Source: Acaryochloris thomasi RCC1774 (GTDB lineage Bacteria > Cyanobacteriota > Cyanobacteriia > Thermosynechococcales > Thermosynechococcaceae). Taken from it: a DNA stretch of 32,000 bases. The notes under the pieces were generated by a model. That model saw only the letters and a program-made list of their open reading frames with translations. It searched no databases and had not been told where the DNA came from. Positions 26,586 through 32,000 of the stretch are shown here, one piece after another; positions within the stretch are counted from its first letter, which is position 1; every line of letters starts with the position of its first letter. Made by a program: the position numbers and the translations under genes. The DNA lies in the NCBI RefSeq assembly GCF_003231495.1, contig NZ_PQWO01000015.1, forward strand, positions 1 to 32,000, read 5' to 3'.

Positions 26586-27131
26586 ATGCTGACGGAACTA
26601 CAGACGCGCAAACTAACAAAGCTATTCAGCATGTATGACGAGTGCTGTAACGGCTACCTTTGCAAAAAAGACTTCGAGAAAATTGTTAAGAAGCTAGCGG
26701 GTATCCGCAACTGGGGGTTGCGATCGCCTCGTTATCTAGCCTTAATGAACCAGTTAGACCGTGACTGGAAGGAACTGAACAAGATCGCCGATACAGACCA
26801 CGATCAGCAAGTCTCAATCAACGAGTGGCTCCACTATTACGACGTTGTACTCAGCGATCCTCAGAAATACGAGCAGCAGGTAAAAATGGTCATGGAAATG
26901 ACCTTCGATGTCTTCAATCTAGGTGAAGAAGACGGTCTCAACCAGCAGAACTGGGGACTGCTCCTGAGCGCGTATCACGTCTCTCCAGTATATGTACCCC
27001 TTATTTTCCCTACCCTCGACACCGCTAAATCTGGCATTATCAAACGCGATCAGATGCTGCAGCTTATCCGTGATTTCTTTTACAGTGACGAACCTGATAT
27101 ACCTGCGAATTCAATGTTTGGGCCTTATTAG
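26586..27131 (+). CDS. EF-hand calcium-binding domain protein
   Basis: One near-canonical EF loop, 'DTDHDQQVSINE' (D1, D3, D5, V8, E12), plus degenerate loops 'DECCNGYLCKKD' and 'DTAKSGIIKRDQ', each flanked by helix-like segments. Confidence 0.7.
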   Translation: MLTELQTRKLTKLFSMYDECCNGYLCKKDFEKIVKKLAGIRNWGLRSPRYLALMNQLDRDWKELNKIADTDHDQQVSINEWLHYYDVVLSDPQKYEQQVKMVMEMTFDVFNLGEEDGLNQQNWGLLLSAYHVSPVYVPLIFPTLDTAKSGIIKRDQMLQLIRDFFYSDEPDIPANSMFGPY

Positions 27132-27152
27132 CGTTTTCTTTTAATTGCATAT

Positions 27153-27195
27153 AAAAAAGTGCTCTGAAGTTCATAGAATCCCAGAGCACTTTTGA
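27153..27195. terminator. Bidirectional intrinsic terminator between the convergent EF-hand gene and petD
   Basis: AAAAAA-AGTGCTCTG (27158-27166), a 15-nt loop, then CAGAGCACT (27182-27190)-TTTT. This is a perfect 9-bp stem with A- and T-runs on either side. Confidence 0.65.
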
Positions 27196-27221
27196 ATTAA
27201 TCTCTTACCAAACCTGAACGT

Positions 27222-27707
27222 CTAGAACAAGCCTAAAGTCAAAGACTTATCAATAGGAAGCGTGGCTCCAATTCCCAAATAGAGGGCAAAGAAAGTTCCA
27301 AACAGAAAAACCGACGTAGCTACAGGGCGACGGAACGGGTTCTGAAACTTGTTTACGTTCTCGATGAACGGAATTAACATCAAGCCCAGAGGCACAGCGG
27401 TCTGAAGCAGAACGCCAAGGAGCTTGCTGGGAACGATTCGCAGAATTTGGAACACGGGATAGAGATACCATTCAGGCAAAATCTCTAGTGGTGTTGCGAA
27501 GGGATTCGCAGGCTCGCCAATCATGGCTGGGTCAAGGACTGCCAGACCAATACAGAGGGCAAACGTTGCCATAATGACAACAGGGAAAATATATAGAAGG
27601 TCGTTAGGCCAAGCGGGTTCACCATAATAGTTATGGCCCATGCCTCGCTTCAGCTTGGCTTTCAGTTGAGGATCGCTTAGATCAGGTTTTTTGAGTACTT
27701 TTGCCAT
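27222..27707 (-). CDS. petD: Cytochrome b6-f complex subunit IV
   Basis: 161 aa: '[45 protein letters not shown]...', the canonical PetD sequence. Confidence 0.97.
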   Translation of the reverse strand: MAKVLKKPDLSDPQLKAKLKRGMGHNYYGEPAWPNDLLYIFPVVIMATFALCIGLAVLDPAMIGEPANPFATPLEILPEWYLYPVFQILRIVPSKLLGVLLQTAVPLGLMLIPFIENVNKFQNPFRRPVATSVFLFGTFFALYLGIGATLPIDKSLTLGLF

Positions 27708-27830
27708 GGCCGCTTTTGGTCTCCTTATCAGCTAGGGTCAGAGGCTGCTCAGAAATGCGTTGAATATAACCCACATAGTCACTCTAACATGCCCACATGG
27801 TAAGCGATATCGAGCTTTCGGTAGACTTTT

Positions 27831-28478
27831 TTACAAGGGACCAGAGATACCTTGCTTACGAATCATCAAGAAGTGCAGCAGCATAAACACTGCCATCAGC
27901 CAAGGCATCACAAATGTGTGCAGGCTATAGAAACGAGTTAGCGTAGGTTGACCAACGCTAGTGCCGCCTCGAATGAGTTCAACCATTGTTGAACCTACAA
28001 TAGGAATCGCTTCAGGTACACCGGAAACAATTTTCACGGCCCAGTAACCCACCTGATCCCAAGGGAGGGAGTAGCCTGTCACACCGAAAGAAACAGTGAT
28101 CACAGCCATAACAACACCGGTAATCCAAGTTAGCTCGCGGGGCTTCTTAAAGCCGCCAGTTAAGTAAACGCGGAAAACGTGAAGAATCATCATCAAGACC
28201 ATCATGCTGGCAGACCAGCGGTGAATGGACCGAATTAACCAGCCAAAGTTCACCTCATTCATGATGTATTGAATGGAGTTAAAAGCTTCAGCAACAGAGG
28301 GTTTGTAGTAGAAGGTCATTGCAAACCCAGTTGCAAACTGAATGATAAAGCAGGTGAGGGTAATCCCACCCAGGCAATAAAAAATGTTGACGTGAGGGGG
28401 CACGTACTTGCTGGTGACGTCTTCGGCAAGCGCTTGAACCTCAAGGCGCTCCTCAAACCAGTCGTACACTTTACTCAT
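27831..28478 (-). CDS. petB: Cytochrome b6
   Basis: '[44 protein letters not shown]...' is canonical PetB. The start is taken at ATG 28476-28478; the tracked ORF extends 12 codons further, to 28514. Confidence 0.97.
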   Translation of the reverse strand: MSKVYDWFEERLEVQALAEDVTSKYVPPHVNIFYCLGGITLTCFIIQFATGFAMTFYYKPSVAEAFNSIQYIMNEVNFGWLIRSIHRWSASMMVLMMILHVFRVYLTGGFKKPRELTWITGVVMAVITVSFGVTGYSLPWDQVGYWAVKIVSGVPEAIPIVGSTMVELIRGGTSVGQPTLTRFYSLHTFVMPWLMAVFMLLHFLMIRKQGISGPL

Positions 28479-28635
28479 AGAACTAACGCTTCCTGAACAT
28501 GTATCGCTCTTCATAAAAAATGTAACACAGTCTCTATGTGCCAGGGTATAAACCTTTCAGAATATAGAGCGCGACCGTTCGTGAATGGCCTATGTTCTTC
28601 AATGAAAGGCCACAAATCTAGTTAGAATCGTTTGT

Positions 28636-29865
28636 ATGACTAAAAGATTCGTTTGCATTAGCCTGTTTTTGCTGTATCTCTTCTGTGCGGGGTTGCAATC
28701 CCCTGCGTTGGCTTTCACGGGAGAGCAGCAGCTTTTCAATGAAGCTTGGCAGGTGGTCAGTCAGTCCTATGTTGATAACTCCTTTAATCATCAAGACTGG
28801 CGGGCTATGCGCAGAGAGGTGTTGGCTCAACCGCTCAACGATAGTCAGCAGACCTATGCAGCCATTCAAAAGATGCTGCATAGCTTGGATGATCCATTTA
28901 CACGCTTCTTGCCCCCTGCTCAATATGAGAGCCTGCAGACTAGCACCGCAGGTGAGTTGACTGGGGTTGGGCTACAAATTACGCGCAACAGTGATGCGGA
29001 GCCCATAGAAGTCATTTCACCCATTGAGGGATCGCCAGCGGCAGCTGCAGATCTGCAGCCTGCTGATCAAATTTTGCAAATTGATCAAACTCAAACGAAA
29101 GATTTGACGCTGGATCAGTCCGCTGAGCTAATGCGTGGCCCCGTGGGGTCAAGGGTAATACTGAAGGTGCGGCGGCCTGATCTAGACAAGATTTTAGAGG
29201 TTGGATTAACGCGGGACCGGATTGCCATTAATCCCGTCAAGTCAGAGCTAAAAGTTCAGCCTGATGGCTCCCAGGTAGGCTATATTCGCCTACGCCAGTT
29301 CAACGCCAATGCAACCCGTGAGATGGAAATGGCCATTCGAGACCTCCAGCGCCAGGGTGTGATAGGCTACGTTCTCGATCTACGCAATAACCCTGGTGGC
29401 TTACTACAGGCAGGGGTTGAGATTGCGCGCCTATGGCTTGATCCCGGTCCCATCGTCTATACCGTTGACCGTCAAGGTATTCAGGGCAGCTTTGACGCTC
29501 AGGCTTCTGCTTTGACCCATACCCCTCTCGTCGTCTTGGTGAACCGAGGCAGTGCCAGCGCCAGCGAAATACTGGCGGGCGCTCTGCAAGATACGGGACG
29601 GGCTCAGTTAATTGGTGAACAAACCTTTGGTAAAGGCTCTATTCAGTCTCTGTTTGACTTATCCGATGGCTCGGGGCTGGCGGTGACAATTGCGCGCTAT
29701 GAAACGCCCAACCACCGCAATATTAATAAGGTGGGGATCAAGCCCGATCAAATCGTGAAGCAAAGTCCGATTACAGCCAGTCAGGTAGCAACGGACGTTG
29801 ATGCGCAATACCAAGCGGCAGTAGATGTTTTGAGGCAGCCCTCTGCGATCGCAAGTGCAGCCTAG
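28636..29865 (+). CDS. ctpA: Carboxyl-terminal processing protease (S41 family)
   Basis: 409 aa with a signal/anchor N-terminus, a PDZ region, 'DLRNNPGGLL', the catalytic Ser in 'NRGSASASEILAGAL' and Lys in 'GEQTFGKGSIQ'. Confidence 0.92.
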   Translation: MTKRFVCISLFLLYLFCAGLQSPALAFTGEQQLFNEAWQVVSQSYVDNSFNHQDWRAMRREVLAQPLNDSQQTYAAIQKMLHSLDDPFTRFLPPAQYESLQTSTAGELTGVGLQITRNSDAEPIEVISPIEGSPAAAADLQPADQILQIDQTQTKDLTLDQSAELMRGPVGSRVILKVRRPDLDKILEVGLTRDRIAINPVKSELKVQPDGSQVGYIRLRQFNANATREMEMAIRDLQRQGVIGYVLDLRNNPGGLLQAGVEIARLWLDPGPIVYTVDRQGIQGSFDAQASALTHTPLVVLVNRGSASASEILAGALQDTGRAQLIGEQTFGKGSIQSLFDLSDGSGLAVTIARYETPNHRNINKVGIKPDQIVKQSPITASQVATDVDAQYQAAVDVLRQPSAIASAA

Positions 29866-31123
29866 CAGCAGTCGGACCTATCACGACCCTCTCCACGGCG
29901 CGATTACCCTGGAAGCAAATGACCCGACAGAAGCCCTCTTAATTGGGCTAATTGACACACCGCCTTTTCAACGCCTCCGCCGAATTCGCCAGCTAGGCAT
30001 TGCCCATCTAACCTTTCACGGTGCTGAAGGATCCCGCTTCACCCATTCCTTGGGGGTCATGGAAGTGGCTCGGCGGGTTTTTGATCGGCTCATTCGTCAA
30101 TATCCGGCTTTAAAGCCTCACCGAGCACTGGTGCTCTGTGGAGCATTGCTTCACGATATCGGCCATGGTCCCCTCAGCCACACAAGTGAAGACCTGTTTG
30201 GCGGCAGTCATGAATACTGGACACGGCGGATTCTGCGAGAGCACCCTGCCATCCGTCAGCGTTTGGACGACTACAGCCCAGATTTGGCAGCGGAGCTAGA
30301 GCAGGTCTATCTCAAGCAGTATCCTCTACCCTGCATGAGTCAGCTTGTATCGAGTCAGCTAGACTGTGATCGCCTCGACTATTTGATGCGGGACAGCTAT
30401 TTCACAGGCGCTTCTTACGGCAAGCTCGATCTTGACCGCATCTTGATGGCCTTTGACTACGATTCGGTCAGCCAACAGCTAGTGGTCGCCCAAAAGGGTC
30501 TAGCCGCGATTGAACACTACTTAGTGGTGCGCTACTTCATGTACGCCCAAGTCTATAATCATGCGAAGAATCTGGCGGCAACTTGGGGGCTACAGCGTAT
30601 TATTGAGCGAGCAAAACAGCAGCTCACCAACGATAATTTAGAGGCCGACGACACAATGACGGCTTGGCTGACGCAGCCGACCACGGCGCTATCTCTTGAT
30701 CATTATCTTGCGGCTGATGATGGCGTCTTACTCTATCACCTTCAACGCTGGCGGCGTAACGCAGACTCAACCCTGAGCGATCTCTGTCGTCGCCACCTCG
30801 ACCGTGACTTACTCAAGGCACTCGACATTAGCGAGCTTGAGGCTGAACAGCAGCAACAGGCTCTAAAACAGGTCCAGCATCTGCTCACGAAAAGAGGGTT
30901 ATCCCAGGACTACAGCGGTATTCAGGTAGCTTTAACGCGGGGCTATACGCTTTACCAGCGGGGTATCAATGTGAAGACGGAGCAGGGGCTGCAGGATATC
31001 AGTGAACTGTCGCCTTTGGTACAAACCCTCAGCCAGCCCTTTCGAAAGGCATGGTTGATTTATCCCCGTGCAGTAGAGCCAGATTTGCTGCGTTCTCAAG
31101 CCAATCGCGGAACCTTGCAGTGA
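29855..31123 (+). CDS. HD-domain phosphohydrolase (YwfO/SAMHD1-like dNTP triphosphohydrolase family)
   Basis: 'YHDPLHGAITL....LIDTPPFQRLRRIRQLG....GAEGSRFTHSLGV' and 'ALLHDIGHGPLSH'. The GTG start overlaps the ctpA end by 11 nt. Confidence 0.85.
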   Translation: MQPSSSRTYHDPLHGAITLEANDPTEALLIGLIDTPPFQRLRRIRQLGIAHLTFHGAEGSRFTHSLGVMEVARRVFDRLIRQYPALKPHRALVLCGALLHDIGHGPLSHTSEDLFGGSHEYWTRRILREHPAIRQRLDDYSPDLAAELEQVYLKQYPLPCMSQLVSSQLDCDRLDYLMRDSYFTGASYGKLDLDRILMAFDYDSVSQQLVVAQKGLAAIEHYLVVRYFMYAQVYNHAKNLAATWGLQRIIERAKQQLTNDNLEADDTMTAWLTQPTTALSLDHYLAADDGVLLYHLQRWRRNADSTLSDLCRRHLDRDLLKALDISELEAEQQQQALKQVQHLLTKRGLSQDYSGIQVALTRGYTLYQRGINVKTEQGLQDISELSPLVQTLSQPFRKAWLIYPRAVEPDLLRSQANRGTLQ

Positions 31124-31350
31124 TGGAGAGAGGCAGCCCTCGCCTGATTTATCGATGTTCTCTTTTTTATTCTGTCTCAGCTGAGTTTTCCTCCCGCTGA
31201 GGAGGGACAAAATGTGGTTAACATAGTGAAGACAAAGTTCAGTGGTCTCGCCCGCCATCAAAACACAGGGGAGGTCATCTGAGTCTTTCGCTGGCTTTTA
31301 TACGCCTGTTCTTGCTCATACGTTGTCGTTATCGTACTCCCCTTACAGCT

Positions 31351-31794
31351 ATGAATTCTGACCCCCAAAACCAGCCTGCAGGCACTAGCACTAGCCCGGT
31401 AGAAACATCTGCCTCTATTGAAGTGAGTTCCGGTACACCGGGCGCGTTATCCACAGTTTCCACCGACAATACGGACTGGAACGAGGTCAGTGAAAAAGTG
31501 TTCAGCTACATCGATATGGTTCCCGATTTTGTTGTTCGGAACTTTAACAAATATCGTCAGCCGTTAACTAAGATCGGCATTTTCTTGCTGGCTGTGATTA
31601 GCGTTGCGATCGCAGATGGCGTTCTCGACGTGGTGAACGCTCTCCCTCTGGTTGCCCCTTTGCTGGAGCTAGTGGGTCTTGGTTATACAGGCTGGTTTAT
31701 CTGGCGCTATCTTCTCTATGCTGAGCGACGTCAGGAACTGAGCCGTGATTATCAGGCCCTAAAGGACCGCGTAGCGGGCAAATCAGCTGAGTAA
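31351..31794 (+). CDS. CAAD-domain (CURT1-like) thylakoid membrane protein
   Basis: Disordered S/T/P-rich N-terminus followed by two helices, 'IGIFLLAVISVAIADGVLDVVNALPLVAPLLELVGLGYTGWFIWRYLL', typical of the cyanobacterial CAAD domain. The start is taken at ATG 31351; the tracked ORF begins at 31312. Confidence 0.8.
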   Translation: MNSDPQNQPAGTSTSPVETSASIEVSSGTPGALSTVSTDNTDWNEVSEKVFSYIDMVPDFVVRNFNKYRQPLTKIGIFLLAVISVAIADGVLDVVNALPLVAPLLELVGLGYTGWFIWRYLLYAERRQELSRDYQALKDRVAGKSAE

Positions 31795-31816
31795 CAGCCT
31801 GAGTTTCAAAACAGAT

Positions 31817-31889
31817 GGGCAAGGCAACATCCCTAACTGATGTGCTACGGCATATGAGGTGAAGAAGTTAGGTCTTGCCCTATTTTTTT
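31817..31889 (+). terminator. Long imperfect hairpin plus T-run downstream of the CAAD gene
   Basis: GGGCAAG (31817-31823)/CTTGCCC (31874-31880), CTAACT (31833-31838)/AGTTAG (31866-31871) and an apical helix 31040-style pairing at 31840-31845/31850-31855 with a TACG loop, followed by TATTTTTTT (31881-31889). It conflicts partly with the tail of a possible minus-strand ORF. Confidence 0.4.
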
Positions 31890-32000
31890 GTCGTTCATAA
31901 TCTGGCGCAATTCGGTCAGAATATTGGGCCAGAGCCAGAGGTACTCACGCTCAATGGCACCCAGCTCTCTACTCTCAGCGAAGAGAAGAGGAACTGGCAA
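31845..32000 (-). CDS. Possible 3' end of an unidentified gene entering from the right edge
   Basis: The minus-strand frame is open from the window edge to TAG (31845-31847): ...LPVPLLFAESRELGAIEREYLWLWPNILTELRQIMNDKKIGQDLTSSPHMP*. I recognise no motif, and the last ~12 codons overlap the hairpin above. Confidence 0.25.
   Translation of the reverse strand: MPVPLLFAESRELGAIEREYLWLWPNILTELRQIMNDKKIGQDLTSSPHMP

Noticed and set aside
29855-31123. HD-domain dNTPase-like protein as an anti-phage (dGTPase-type) defence gene
   Set aside because: It overlaps ctpA in a housekeeping, HIP1-bearing context and has no partner defence genes or mobile-element signatures. It looks like the conserved YwfO-type paralogue.
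30932-31261. 109-aa minus-strand ORF
   Set aside because: It is mostly antisense to the 3' end of the HD-domain gene, with no motif or RBS.

Overview
Cyanobacterial chromosomal segment, judged from 14 copies of the HIP1 octamer GCGATCGC plus petB-petD, ctpA, a CAAD-domain gene and ligA. Bases 1-19991 are almost entirely minus-strand. An IS1-family transposase tail (1-120) abuts an apparently truncated glycosyltransferase. A Wzy/Wzc-type exopolysaccharide locus follows: four GT4 glycosyltransferases, one canonical and one divergent sulfotransferase, a Wzy-like polymerase, a SAM methyltransferase and a Wzc-like co-polymerase/BY-kinase. The most unusual block is 12117-17830: HPr-kinase-like P-loop protein, cyanoexosortase, HpsJ-like membrane protein, a 325-bp gap, PqqD/RRE, a lasso-B2-type transglutaminase-fold protease and an ABC exporter. 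This is a lasso-peptide maturation toolkit with no asparagine-synthetase-like cyclase and no obvious precursor; an exosortase pair sits where those genes would normally be. ligA lies upstream. The right half is mostly ordinary: a small PQ-loop-like membrane protein, a GNAT, several uncharacterised secreted proteins, a TIGR04283/TIGR04282-type (arsenosugar-associated) transferase pair, an EF-hand protein, petBD, ctpA, an HD-domain (YwfO/SAMHD1-like) phosphohydrolase and a CAAD protein. I found no rRNA, tRNA or CRISPR array. All assignments rest on reading motifs in the supplied translations; no database search was run.
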